Positions 19,438 through 29,572 of a stretch of 64,000 nucleotides of DNA are shown here, piece after piece. Source of the stretch: an uncultured Gammaproteobacteria bacterium (GTDB lineage Bacteria > Patescibacteriota > Microgenomatia > UBA8517); assembly GCA_964645605.1 (NCBI GenBank), contig CAZYCE010000006.1, positions 2,981 to 66,980 of the forward strand, given 5' to 3'. A program made the position numbers and the translations under genes. Every line of letters begins with the position of its first letter. Position 1 is the first letter of the stretch. The notes under the pieces were generated by a model. It was given only the letters and a program-made list of their open reading frames with translations, made no database searches and was not told where the DNA came from.

Positions 19438-20417
19438 ACTACAAAAAATCAGCCGAAATACTTTCAGAGATTAAAACATCTAACGATATTTTAATTAATT
19501 GTCACAGAGGACCGGACTCAGACTCGGTAGGCTCCGCCCTGGCTTTATCGCAAGCTTTGAAAAGTTTAGGGAAAGAAGCCACGGTAATTTGCCCCAGCGA
19601 CATTCCTCCGGATCTGGCTTTTTTAAAGGGTGCTAACGAAATCGTACGGGTTAATTTTACATCCTTTGATTTTTCAGCTTACGATCTGTTTTTGATTCTT
19701 GATTCCTCGACATACTCGATGGTTACGGGTTTAAAAGATTCGGACAGACCCAACATAAAATCAGTTGTAATTGACCATCATCCTTCAAAGGAAAAGTTCG
19801 GGGATATAAACTTGATTGATCCTGCTATGACGTCCACAGGTGAACTTCTTTATAGAATATTGGACGATTGGGGAGTTTCTCTTACTAAAGATATATCCGA
19901 GTGTCTGTTGACGGGAATAATCGGAGATACGGGAACCTTCCAATATCAAAATGTGGGAGAGGCCACTTTGAGGATTGCCGCGGAGTTAATGGAAAAAGGT
20001 GCCGACAAAGACAAAATTGTTTACAACCTTTATAGAAATATCGATTTCAAAGAATTAAAAATGTGGGGTAAATTTATTGAAAGTATGAAAATCGAGGACG
20101 GTTTTGTCTGGTCGGCGCTGCCGCTTTCGACATACAAAGACTTTGGAGAATATTCTTATGCGAAAGAAGATGTTGCAAATTTATTTTTTCCGATTGTTAA
20201 AGGAACGGAATTTGGAATTGTAATGGTTGAAACGTCAGAAAACGTTTTGTCTGTAAGTTTTAGATCCAGAAACGGATTTGATGTTTCAAAGATTGCGAAC
20301 GAAATCGGAGGAGGAGGGCATAAAGCCGCCTCCGGTGCCAGGATAGAGGGGGTTCCTTTTCAAGAGGCTGTAAATCGTGTTCTTGCTGCGGCCGGAAAGC
20401 ATGTTAAAAAAGATTAA
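19434..20417 (+). CDS. nrnA: DHH/DHHA1 phosphoesterase (NrnA-like oligoribonuclease/pAp phosphatase)
   Basis: HRGPDSDSVGS, IDHH, DTGTF, SFRSR, GGGGHKAASG. Confidence 0.88.
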   Translation: MNYKKSAEILSEIKTSNDILINCHRGPDSDSVGSALALSQALKSLGKEATVICPSDIPPDLAFLKGANEIVRVNFTSFDFSAYDLFLILDSSTYSMVTGLKDSDRPNIKSVVIDHHPSKEKFGDINLIDPAMTSTGELLYRILDDWGVSLTKDISECLLTGIIGDTGTFQYQNVGEATLRIAAELMEKGADKDKIVYNLYRNIDFKELKMWGKFIESMKIEDGFVWSALPLSTYKDFGEYSYAKEDVANLFFPIVKGTEFGIVMVETSENVLSVSFRSRNGFDVSKIANEIGGGGHKAASGARIEGVPFQEAVNRVLAAAGKHVKKD

Positions 20418-21894
20418 AGGCGCTCAAATATATAATTTTCTTCTGGTTTTGGTCTTAGGGGTTGCGGCGTTCTTAAGATTTTTCCGTTTGTCCGATTTGC
20501 TTGGTTTTTGGTACGATCAGGGAAGGGACGCGCTGGTCATTTGGGACATGGTTTACCAAGGTAAGTTTACCTTGATTGGACCCATGATGGGATTTACGGG
20601 AATTTTCAGAGGGGCTTGGTACTACTGGATGATTGCTCCCTTTTATTGGTTAGGACACGGCAATCCAATTTATCCCTCGGTATTTTTGATATTGACTTCT
20701 ATTGTTGCAATTCTCCTTCTTTATAAGTTGGGTCATGAAATGGAGGGTTCAAAGACGGGACTCTTGGCGGCTTTTATCGCCTCTGTCTCAGGATATATTA
20801 TTGGAGCTTCACGTTGGTTGTCGGATCCGACACCAACGCTTTTGGTAAGTGTTGTCTTGGTTTGGTCACTTTTTAAATTTTCTAAAGGTAGCCGTTGGGC
20901 GCTGCCTCTTTCGGGATTTTTGGCCGGAATGGCACTTCAATTTAGTGCCGCAACGGAAATATTTTACGTTCCTGCAATTATTCTGATAGTTTTCCTTTTC
21001 AGAAAAAAGCTGAAAATCAGATTGACCAATTTGCTGCTGACGGGGGCGGCTTTTGTTATCCCTTTTGTGCCACAGCTACTTTTCGAGGTACGTCATCCCG
21101 GTGTTCAAAGCAGTGCCCTTTTGAATTTTCTTTTCCATGAAAAAACATTTACATATGCGTTTTGGGAAATAATCAAAACCAGAATTCCTTTTGATTACAA
21201 TATGATTGCTTCCAAGTTTTGGATAAACGGAGGTATGTTTTTTGCTCCGTTTTTTGGCATTTTTCTGGTTCTTTTAATTTTAAATTGGAAAAAACTTTGG
21301 CAGTCGGACAAATTTAAAATTATTTTTATTTTGGCTCTTGCCCCGCTTATCGGGACGTTGTTCTTTGTCAGCAATTTGGGAGGAGTATACGAGTATTATT
21401 TTACAGGCTATTATTTGATTTGGATTCTTCTTTTCTCGTATGTTTATATGACTGCCTTCAAAAGCAAATTAGTGAAAGTTACTTTAGCGGTATTTATGGC
21501 TTTCCTTTTGTTTTTCAATATAAAAGACTTTAGGGAATCTTATTTTAAACCTCTATCCGATCCGAAAATTATAGCTTTTAAAAACCAAATTTCGGCGGTT
21601 GATTGGGTCTACGAAAATGCCTCGGAAAGGCCCTTCAATGTTGATGAATATGTTCCTCCGGTCATTCCCTATGCCTATCAATATTTATTTTTGTGGAGAG
21701 GCGAAACCGTGCATAAAACTCAGCCTCTTACCAAAAACGTAGACTTACTTTATACTCTATATGAGGTGGATCCAAATCACCCCGAAAGGTTGCAGGCTTG
21801 GCTGGATAGACAAAAGGGCATCGGCAAGGTTTTAAAGGAAGAAACCTTCGGGGGGATAACAGTTCAGGAGAGAGAAAGAATAACTAAAAAATGA
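20401..21894 (+). CDS. ArnT/PMT-like GT-C glycosyltransferase
   Basis: FWYDQGRD, LIGP, GAWYYW; paralog of 17881. Confidence 0.85.
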   Translation: MLKKIKGAQIYNFLLVLVLGVAAFLRFFRLSDLLGFWYDQGRDALVIWDMVYQGKFTLIGPMMGFTGIFRGAWYYWMIAPFYWLGHGNPIYPSVFLILTSIVAILLLYKLGHEMEGSKTGLLAAFIASVSGYIIGASRWLSDPTPTLLVSVVLVWSLFKFSKGSRWALPLSGFLAGMALQFSAATEIFYVPAIILIVFLFRKKLKIRLTNLLLTGAAFVIPFVPQLLFEVRHPGVQSSALLNFLFHEKTFTYAFWEIIKTRIPFDYNMIASKFWINGGMFFAPFFGIFLVLLILNWKKLWQSDKFKIIFILALAPLIGTLFFVSNLGGVYEYYFTGYYLIWILLFSYVYMTAFKSKLVKVTLAVFMAFLLFFNIKDFRESYFKPLSDPKIIAFKNQISAVDWVYENASERPFNVDEYVPPVIPYAYQYLFLWRGETVHKTQPLTKNVDLLYTLYEVDPNHPERLQAWLDRQKGIGKVLKEETFGGITVQERERITKK

Positions 21895-21972
21895 ATCAGG
21901 GTAGAAATATTACATTAAACAAAAGGCCAAATATTGTTCAGGCAAATAAATTTGAGAAGAATTTCTGACGCA

Positions 21973-22722
21973 ATGAAACCATTTTTGAGTGTAGTTATAC
22001 CGGCATATAACGAGGAAATTAATCTTAAGCGCGGAGTTTTGGATAGTGTTTATGGTTACCTGAAAAGTAAAGACTTTACTTGGGAAGTAATTGTGATGGA
22101 TGATGGGTCTTCCGACGGAACTGCCGACTTTGTTGAAAAATTCGCGAAAAAACACCAGGGCTTTTCGGTGAGACGTGAGCCGCACAGGGGAAAGGGCGGA
22201 ACAATAATTGCCGGTGCCGAGGTGGCAAAGGGCGAATATATTCTTTTTGCCGACATGGATCAATCCACTCCCATGGATCAATTTGATAAGTTTATTCCAA
22301 AGCTCAAAGGCGGCTACGATATTGCGATTGGCAGCCGCTCAGGACGTCCGGGCCAGCCAATAATTCGAAAAATCATGGCTTACGGGTTTGTGATCCTGAG
22401 GACGATAATTCTAAGATTACCGTTCAAAGACACCCAATGCGGATTCAAAGTTTATAAAAGCCGGGTTGCCAAAGAGATATTTAAAAGGACTCAAATATAC
22501 CGGAAAAACCAAATCGCCAAAGTAGGTTCCGTGACGGCAGGTTTTGACCTCGAAGTTTTATACATTGCGCGTAAATTGAAGTTAAAAATTGCCGAAATTC
22601 CGGTAGAGTGGTATGAGTATGGACAGAGGAAAGAGGTTAACCCCATTACGGACTCAATAGAAGGATTTCGGGGCATGATGATGGTTAGAATTAATGCTCT
22701 TCAGGGAAAATACAAAGTTTAG
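21973..22722 (+). CDS. Polyprenol-phosphate glucosyltransferase-like GT2 (ALG5/DPG-synthase type)
   Basis: IPAYNEE, GKGG, FADMDQST, DTQCGFK, FDLEVLYIA. Confidence 0.85.
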   Translation: MKPFLSVVIPAYNEEINLKRGVLDSVYGYLKSKDFTWEVIVMDDGSSDGTADFVEKFAKKHQGFSVRREPHRGKGGTIIAGAEVAKGEYILFADMDQSTPMDQFDKFIPKLKGGYDIAIGSRSGRPGQPIIRKIMAYGFVILRTIILRLPFKDTQCGFKVYKSRVAKEIFKRTQIYRKNQIAKVGSVTAGFDLEVLYIARKLKLKIAEIPVEWYEYGQRKEVNPITDSIEGFRGMMMVRINALQGKYKV

Positions 22723-22730
22723 GTTATACG

Positions 22731-22739
22731 TGCTACAAT
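22731..22739 (+). promoter_or_regulatory. Extended -10 TGC-TACAAT, 6 nt (TTAGGC) before ATG 22746
   Basis: Motif seen directly; same spacer as the site at 29558. Confidence 0.62.
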
Positions 22740-22745
22740 TTAGGC

Positions 22746-23645
22746 ATGGCTTCCAAGATTTCGGTAGTGATTAATACACTAAACGAGGAAAAAAATATCT
22801 CCCGGGCTATATCCTCAACGAAAATTTTTGCAGACGAAGTTGTCGTGGTGGATATGGAATCCTCCGATAAAACATGCGAAATTGCCAAAAAAATGGGAGC
22901 GAAGGTTTTCACTCACGAAAAAACCGGATATGTTGAACCGGCCAGAAATTTTGCCATTAGTAAAGCCATTAATCCTTGGGTTTTAATATTGGATGCTGAT
23001 GAAGAAATACCGGCAAACCTTGCTTCCCGGATTCAGAAAATTCTGAAAGAGCCGAAGGCTGATTATTACAGAATCCCGCGGAAAAACATTATTTTCGGAA
23101 AGTGGATCAAACATGCCCGTTGGTGGCCGGATATGAATATCCGTTTGTTTAAAAAAGGACATGTATCCTGGAACGAAGTAATCCATGCCGTACCCATGAC
23201 TCAAGGTATAGGCGGAGACATTGAGGAAAGGGAAGACCTGGCAATAATTCATTACAATTACGATTCGATTGAAGACTATCTTTCGCGGATGAACAACTAT
23301 ACGACTCACCACGCAAGAATAAAAATTGACGAAGGTTATAAATTTACTTGGAAAGATATTGTTGTAAAACCCGTTGGAGAATTCTTAAGCAGATATTTTT
23401 ACGGTCAAGGCTATAAAGACGGTCTTCACGGTCTTGCCTTGTCAATGCTCCAGGCTTTTTCGGAACTGGCGGTTTATTTGAAGATTTGGCAGAAAGAAAA
23501 ATTTACCGAAAAGGATCTGAAACTGGATGAGGTTACGGCTCTTTTCCAGGAACAGGAAAAAGAAATCCGATATTGGCAGGCGGACGCTTCCGTAAAAGAA
23601 GGCGGAAACTTTTATGATAGGATCCGTAGAAAATTCAAAATTTAA
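22746..23645 (+). CDS. GT2 glycosyltransferase (WaaE/beta-1,4-glucosyltransferase-like)
   Basis: NTLNEE, RNFA, LDADE, WWPD..RLF, KDGLHG. Confidence 0.88.
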   Translation: MASKISVVINTLNEEKNISRAISSTKIFADEVVVVDMESSDKTCEIAKKMGAKVFTHEKTGYVEPARNFAISKAINPWVLILDADEEIPANLASRIQKILKEPKADYYRIPRKNIIFGKWIKHARWWPDMNIRLFKKGHVSWNEVIHAVPMTQGIGGDIEEREDLAIIHYNYDSIEDYLSRMNNYTTHHARIKIDEGYKFTWKDIVVKPVGEFLSRYFYGQGYKDGLHGLALSMLQAFSELAVYLKIWQKEKFTEKDLKLDEVTALFQEQEKEIRYWQADASVKEGGNFYDRIRRKFKI

Positions 23646-23646
23646 A

Positions 23647-24594
23647 ATGAGCAATTCCCCGAAGGTTTCTATCATTATCTTAACTACAAATGGGTTGGCG
23701 ATGATGCGTGACGAGCTTGAAAACATCGGCAAACTTGACGTCAATGGTGTCAATGCGGAATGCATCGTTGTTGATAACGACAGTTCCGACGGAACGGAAA
23801 AAGAACTGGCGGACTATAAACTTCCGAATATGGAATATAAGTTTATGGAAGCCGGAAAAAATTTGGGATTTGCCGGCGGAAACAATATCGGGATCAAGAA
23901 TGCACTTAAAAGAGGGGCTGACTATATAATTTTAATGAACAATGATTTGGTTTTACCCGGTGATATTCTTAAAAAACTTGTCAGCTACATGGAAGGCAGT
24001 CCGGAAGCCGGCCTGGCCTCACCAAAAATGTATTTTGCTGAAGGGTATGAGTTTCATAAGGACAGATATAAAAAATCGGAGCTTGGAAAGGTGATTTGGT
24101 ACGCCGGAGGCGTGATTGACAGAAAAAATGCTTATTCAAGTCACAGGGGCGTTGATGAGGTCGACCATGGACAGTATGATCAAATCAAGGATACGGATTA
24201 TGCAAGCGGAGCTTGTGTAATAATCCGCCGCGCAGTTTTTGAGAAAATCGGATATCTCGATGATTCGTTTTTTTTGTATTGGGAAGATGCGGATTTCAGT
24301 GAAAGAGCAAAAAAAGCCGGTTTTGGAGTAATGTACTATCCAGGGACACACCTTTGGCACAAAGTATCCGCATCAACCGGCGGCTCGGGAAGCCCTACAA
24401 ATGATTATTTTTTAACCAGGAATAGGTTGTATTTTGCCGAAAGATATCTAAGTCCGAGAACCAAATTTGCCGTATGGAGAGATACGCTTAAACTCATTTT
24501 CGCGGGAAGGACATGGCAGAAAAAAGGTGCAATTGATGCTATTTTGGGAATAAAGGGAATGGGCGCATGGCGTAAATATCTGATTTCTAGATAA
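23647..24594 (+). CDS. GT2 glycosyltransferase (rhamnosyltransferase-like)
   Basis: VDNDS, NLGFAGGNN, MNND, FFLYWEDAD, WHKVSAS. Confidence 0.88.
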   Translation: MSNSPKVSIIILTTNGLAMMRDELENIGKLDVNGVNAECIVVDNDSSDGTEKELADYKLPNMEYKFMEAGKNLGFAGGNNIGIKNALKRGADYIILMNNDLVLPGDILKKLVSYMEGSPEAGLASPKMYFAEGYEFHKDRYKKSELGKVIWYAGGVIDRKNAYSSHRGVDEVDHGQYDQIKDTDYASGACVIIRRAVFEKIGYLDDSFFLYWEDADFSERAKKAGFGVMYYPGTHLWHKVSASTGGSGSPTNDYFLTRNRLYFAERYLSPRTKFAVWRDTLKLIFAGRTWQKKGAIDAILGIKGMGAWRKYLISR

Positions 24595-24604
24595 CCAATT
24601 TCTA

Positions 24605-25333
24605 ATGACAACACAAAATACAATTTCTGCCATCATATTGGTGGGGGGCGATTACGACAGGGATCTTTTGAAAAAGTGCCTTAATTCTGTTTCCTGGTGC
24701 GACGAAGTTGTGAAAGTAGAAACCGAAAATATCAGGGGGAGTTTTTCGGAATGGCGCAACGAGGGAGCAAAAATGGCAAAAAGCGATTGGCTTTTTTATG
24801 TAGATAGCGACGAAGAAGTTACACCGGCACTCAAAAAAAATATTCTTCAGGTGATCGATGCGGGTGAGTTTGCCGGCTATGCGATTCCGCGAAGAAATAA
24901 ATTTTTGGGCCATATTATGCACTGGGGCGGCTGGTATCCCGATTATGTTTTAAGGCTTATCAGGAAAGATAAATTAAAAGGATGGTCCGGGGAACTGCAT
25001 GAACAACCTTTGGTTGACGGAACTATCGGGCACCTGAAAGAACCGTTATTACATGATAGCCATAGGTCTTTGCATAATATGGTGGAAAAGACCAACGGGT
25101 GGTCGGAAATTGAGGCAAAACTTTTATACGAATCGGGACACCCTAAAATGAATTTTTTCAGATTTTGCTCGGCTGCTTTCCGTGAATTTTGGTATAGAGG
25201 GATTGTTAAATTGGGTTTTTTGGACGGAACCGTCGGGGTAATCGAAGTAATTTACCAAATGTACAGCAGATTAATTACTTATTCCAAACTTTGGGAGTTG
25301 CAATTGAAAAATGAAAAAAGCCGCAATATATAA
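24605..25333 (+). CDS. GT2 glycosyltransferase (WaaE-like)
   Basis: FSEWRN, VDSDE, GWYPD, LHE, GFLDG. Confidence 0.85.
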   Translation: MTTQNTISAIILVGGDYDRDLLKKCLNSVSWCDEVVKVETENIRGSFSEWRNEGAKMAKSDWLFYVDSDEEVTPALKKNILQVIDAGEFAGYAIPRRNKFLGHIMHWGGWYPDYVLRLIRKDKLKGWSGELHEQPLVDGTIGHLKEPLLHDSHRSLHNMVEKTNGWSEIEAKLLYESGHPKMNFFRFCSAAFREFWYRGIVKLGFLDGTVGVIEVIYQMYSRLITYSKLWELQLKNEKSRNI

Positions 25334-26351
25334 TCCGTATTTAGATACGTTGGGAGGAGGGGAGCGCTATGCCTTAAGTTTTGCCAAGGTATTGGCGAAT
25401 AACGGATATGAAGTGGATCTGGAGTGGAAAGACTCTGCGATTAAAGAAATTCTTGAAAAAAGGTTCGGGATGGATCTACCCGGAATCAATGTGATTCCCG
25501 ATGTCAAAAAAGGCGACGGTTATGATCTTTGTTTCTGGGTCTCCGACGGAAGTATTCCTCTAATGCACGCCAGGCACAATATACTTCACTTTCAGGTTCC
25601 TTTCCGTGGGGTAAACGGAAAAAGTCTGGTGAACAAAATGAAGCTTTTCAGGATAAACAATATTGTCTGCAATTCCCGGTTCACCAAAAATGTCATAGAC
25701 AAAGAATTTGGAGTCGAAAGCATCGTGATTTATCCTCCCGTTGATACGGAAGCTTTTAAACCGAAACGTAAAGAAAATATAATTTTGTACGTCGGAAGGT
25801 TTTCAAAAATTCTCCAGAGTAAAGGGCAGGACATTCTTGTAGAGGCTTTTAAAAAACTCTATGACGGCGGAGAAACAAATTGGAAACTGATTCTTGCCGG
25901 AGGAGTTGAGGTAGGGGTAGGCGACTGGGTAGCGGAGTTAAGGAGGCAGGCTGAGGGTTACCCGGTGGAGCTTGTCGAAAGCCCGGACTTAAATACGCTT
26001 AAGGACTTGTACGGCAAAGCAAAAATATTCTGGAGCGCAGCCGGTTTCGGTCAGGATGAGACAGAAAACCCCGAGAAAATGGAGCATTTTGGCATTACGG
26101 TAATTGAGGCAATGGCCTCCGGGGACGTACCGCTAATTTTTAACGGGGGAGGACATAAAGAAATCATTGAAGACGGCGTTAACGGGTTTTTATGGGATAG
26201 CGTGGAAAGTTTAGTAGAAAAAACAAAACAATTAGTAGAAAATAAACAGTTTCATACTTTCGAAGTAAATGCAAAAAGAAAAGCAGGGGATTTTTCGGAA
26301 AATATTTTTGAGAATAAAATTATTTCCTATATAATTCCAAAAAATAAATGA
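25311..26351 (+). CDS. GT4 glycosyltransferase with ALG11-like motifs
   Basis: NPYLDTLGGGER, NSRFT, IYPPVD, EHFGITVIEAMASG. Confidence 0.88.
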   Translation: MKKAAIYNPYLDTLGGGERYALSFAKVLANNGYEVDLEWKDSAIKEILEKRFGMDLPGINVIPDVKKGDGYDLCFWVSDGSIPLMHARHNILHFQVPFRGVNGKSLVNKMKLFRINNIVCNSRFTKNVIDKEFGVESIVIYPPVDTEAFKPKRKENIILYVGRFSKILQSKGQDILVEAFKKLYDGGETNWKLILAGGVEVGVGDWVAELRRQAEGYPVELVESPDLNTLKDLYGKAKIFWSAAGFGQDETENPEKMEHFGITVIEAMASGDVPLIFNGGGHKEIIEDGVNGFLWDSVESLVEKTKQLVENKQFHTFEVNAKRKAGDFSENIFENKIISYIIPKNK

Positions 26352-27244
26352 ATAATTACAATGTTTCAGCAATAATTACAAACTTTAACGGCAAAAAACT
26401 GCTGGAAAAAAATTTACCATCGGTTTTAAGCGCTGCCAAAAATCCTGAAAATAGGATTTCTGAAATAATAGTAGTTGATGACGGTTCAAGTGACGATAGT
26501 GTTAAATTTCTTATTAAAAACTTTCCAGAGGTAAAATTGATAAGACACAAAATCAATCGAGGTTTTTCGGCGGCGGTAAATACGGGAGTCAGAATGGCTA
26601 AAGGAGATCTCGTTCTTCTTCTTAATAATGATGTAGTTCCGGAGGACAATTTTTTGGCATCGGCACTTGTTCATTTTGAAAACGAAAGAGTCTTTGCCGT
26701 CACCCTGCACGAAGCCGGATATGGATATGCAAAAGCAAAATTTTCGGCAGGATTCATAGAATTGTCTATGGGTGAAGAATCATCTATGGCTTACCCCAGC
26801 TTTTATGTAAGCGGCGGTAGCGGTATTTTTAGGAGAGAATATTGGATGAAGCTTTCCGGGATGGATGAAAAATTATTTTCCCCATTTTATTGGGAGGACA
26901 TCGATATTTGTTATAGAGCCCAGAAACGTGGCTATATAAACATGTGGGAACCAAAAAGTAATGTAATCCATAATCACGAATCAACGATTGGGAAATTACC
27001 CAAACTTCGCGTACAAAGAATTAGGGAAAGAAACCAGCTTTTGATGATATGGAAAAATATTCATAGCCCAAAACTAACCCGCAATCATGTTGTAGGAGTT
27101 TTAAGAAGGGTAAGTAAACACCCGGGCTACATAAAAATAGTATTAATGGCTCTGAGCAAGTTGGGAGTTGTACTGAAAGAGCGTAAAAAAGAGATACGTT
27201 TAAGTAAGGTGTCCGATGAAGTGATATTCATGAATTTCAGATGA
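26348..27244 (+). CDS. GT2 glycosyltransferase (WbbL-like)
   Basis: NFNG, VDDGS, NRGFSAAVN, LNND, YWEDIDICYRA. Confidence 0.88.
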   Translation: MNNYNVSAIITNFNGKKLLEKNLPSVLSAAKNPENRISEIIVVDDGSSDDSVKFLIKNFPEVKLIRHKINRGFSAAVNTGVRMAKGDLVLLLNNDVVPEDNFLASALVHFENERVFAVTLHEAGYGYAKAKFSAGFIELSMGEESSMAYPSFYVSGGSGIFRREYWMKLSGMDEKLFSPFYWEDIDICYRAQKRGYINMWEPKSNVIHNHESTIGKLPKLRVQRIRERNQLLMIWKNIHSPKLTRNHVVGVLRRVSKHPGYIKIVLMALSKLGVVLKERKKEIRLSKVSDEVIFMNFR

Positions 27245-28071
27245 AGAACATGGTAGAACTATCTATAGTAATAGTTAATCTTAATACTAAAGACCTGACT
27301 CTCGAATGCTTGAGATCAATCGAAAAAGAAGCGCTTGGTTTGGACTTCGAAGTACTTCTGGCGGATAACGGGAGCACTGATGGATCGGTTAAGGCTTTCG
27401 AAAAAATTAAAGAAGAAAAATATTGGAAAAATAGGTTTAGCCTAATTTTAAACGATACCAATATCGGCTACGCAAAAGCCAATAATCAAGGAATCAGAAA
27501 AGCCAAAGGAAAATATATTCTTCTTTTGAATAATGACACAATTGTTCACAAAGACGCTCTTCAAAATTTTCTAAAGTTTGCCCAAAAGACTTCCGATGCA
27601 GGAGTCGTCGGCGCAAAACTATTAAATACCGACGGAACGCTACAGATGTCCTGTTATCATTTCCCGACAATCAAAAATGCCATAAGAGAATATTGGTTGG
27701 GGCAAAAAGGTCTTTTTGAGAAATTTGCCCCTCATGAGCAAAATCCGGTTACTGTGGATTCTGTTGTGGGAGCGGCGTTTTTAATTACTCCTGAAGCGAG
27801 AAAACGTGTAGGCATTTTGGATGAACGATATTTTGCCTATTTTGAAGATATAGATTATTGCCGTGAGGTTTGGAAGCATGGTTTAAAAGTATATTATTTG
27901 CCGGACGCCGTAATTACACATTATCACGGCGCTACATTTAAGAAGCTTGCCGATGAGGAAGAAAGGTGGAAGAAATTGATTCCTTCAAGCAAGATTTACC
28001 ACGGACTCCTTAAACACTATTTGATAACTGCGATTCTTTGGTTGGGGCAAAAGAAAAACTTGAATAAGTGA
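27241..28071 (+). CDS. GT2 glycosyltransferase (WbbL/rhamnosyltransferase-like)
   Basis: DNGSTDGS, GYAKANN, LNNDT, DERYFAYFEDID, HYHG. Confidence 0.88.
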   Translation: MKNMVELSIVIVNLNTKDLTLECLRSIEKEALGLDFEVLLADNGSTDGSVKAFEKIKEEKYWKNRFSLILNDTNIGYAKANNQGIRKAKGKYILLLNNDTIVHKDALQNFLKFAQKTSDAGVVGAKLLNTDGTLQMSCYHFPTIKNAIREYWLGQKGLFEKFAPHEQNPVTVDSVVGAAFLITPEARKRVGILDERYFAYFEDIDYCREVWKHGLKVYYLPDAVITHYHGATFKKLADEEERWKKLIPSSKIYHGLLKHYLITAILWLGQKKNLNK

Positions 28072-28072
28072 C

Positions 28073-29554
28073 ATGAATAAATATTTAAAATATCTCCCCA
28101 TAATTTTAATTATTGGTTTAGCACTTTTTCTTAGAGTATATCGGGCCGAGGCTCTTTTTTATTATGCCCACGATAATGATTTGGCGTCCTGGGTGGTCAA
28201 AGATATTCTGGTTAATCATCATCTAAGACTCATTGGCCAACAAACGTCAGTACTTGGAGTTTTTATCGGGGGACTTTTTTATTATTTACAAATTCCGTTT
28301 TATCTTTTAGGACACATGGACCCCATTTATACGACTCTTCTACCCGCCATACTTGGAACCTTTTCCACCTTTAGCTTTTATTTTGTTTTTTCGAAAATAT
28401 TCGGAAAGAAAGTCGGTATTATTGCGGCGCTTATTTATGCGGTATCCAGTATCATAGTGTTTTCCGATCGCCAGGTTTTTCCGACAACGCCGGTGATGCT
28501 TTGGACGGCTTGGTTCTTTTATGACCTTTGTGTAATTTATAAAGGAAGACAAAAAACCGGATTTATTCTCTTTGCAGTTCTTTTTTCCCTGATTTGGCAT
28601 ATAAACATTGCTTTACTTATTATTACCCCATTGGCACTTTTATCATTTATAGCTTCTAAAAAAAGAATTAATTGGAAATATTTAATTCTTGGTTTAGGTA
28701 TAACGGCGGTACTTAGTTCTCCGTTAATTGTTTTTGAGCTGCGGCATGGATTTCAGCAGACTAGGGCGGTATTTTCTTCTTTGACTACTCAAAGGAATTT
28801 ATTGCCTGAAACGGGGACCGGTTGGGCTAAACTTGACCGAGTAATGCAACTTGTTGAGAAAAATACGACAAATATATTCTTTCCGTCGATTTCAATAGTA
28901 TCCAACAAAGTTGCGCTGGTAATGCTTATCGGGATATTTGGATTTTTAATCTACATTAAAAAAATATCTCGGAATGTAGCAATTACATTTTTCTTGTGGC
29001 AGGTGCTTTATATAGGTTTTTTTTCGATCAATTCGTTAAATGTCTCTGAATATTATTTGGATGGGATGAATATTATCTGGATTGGAATAATTTCAATATT
29101 TATGGGTTACCTGTTGGAAAAGAAAAAACTAAAACTTGCCGTAACTTTATTGCTTTCGTGGTACTGTTTTTGGAATTTTCATCTGATAACGAGCGCACCG
29201 GATAGTACCAATGGATATGTTTACAAAAAGGCTATTGTCGAATATATAAAGACCGATTCGGTAGAACACAATTTTCCTTGTGTTTCGGTTTCTTATATTA
29301 CAGATCCCGGATATGACTTGGGCTATAGATACCTATTCTATCTGAGCGACTTGCATGTTAATCAACCCAAGAGCGGGAGCCCCGTATATACAATTGTTTT
29401 TCCGCTTAAGCTGGTAAACAGGTTTGATATGAGATTTGGGGATTTGGGCTTAATACTTCCGGAATATGATAAATATAGCGCTGACGAAGTTGACAAGAGC
29501 TGTCAGGGAGAAAACGCCAACCTTACGGATCCGATGTTCGGCTTTACGGAATAA
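28073..29554 (+). CDS. ArnT/PMT-like GT-C glycosyltransferase
   Basis: LRVY...YAHDND, RLIGQQTS, FIGGLFYY; many TMs. Confidence 0.82.
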   Translation: MNKYLKYLPIILIIGLALFLRVYRAEALFYYAHDNDLASWVVKDILVNHHLRLIGQQTSVLGVFIGGLFYYLQIPFYLLGHMDPIYTTLLPAILGTFSTFSFYFVFSKIFGKKVGIIAALIYAVSSIIVFSDRQVFPTTPVMLWTAWFFYDLCVIYKGRQKTGFILFAVLFSLIWHINIALLIITPLALLSFIASKKRINWKYLILGLGITAVLSSPLIVFELRHGFQQTRAVFSSLTTQRNLLPETGTGWAKLDRVMQLVEKNTTNIFFPSISIVSNKVALVMLIGIFGFLIYIKKISRNVAITFFLWQVLYIGFFSINSLNVSEYYLDGMNIIWIGIISIFMGYLLEKKKLKLAVTLLLSWYCFWNFHLITSAPDSTNGYVYKKAIVEYIKTDSVEHNFPCVSVSYITDPGYDLGYRYLFYLSDLHVNQPKSGSPVYTIVFPLKLVNRFDMRFGDLGLILPEYDKYSADEVDKSCQGENANLTDPMFGFTE

Positions 29555-29557
29555 AAA

Positions 29558-29566
29558 TGGTAGAAT
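29558..29566 (+). promoter_or_regulatory. Extended -10 TGG-TAGAAT, 6 nt (TTAGGC) before ATG 29573
   Basis: Motif seen directly. Confidence 0.62.
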
Positions 29567-29572
29567 TTAGGC

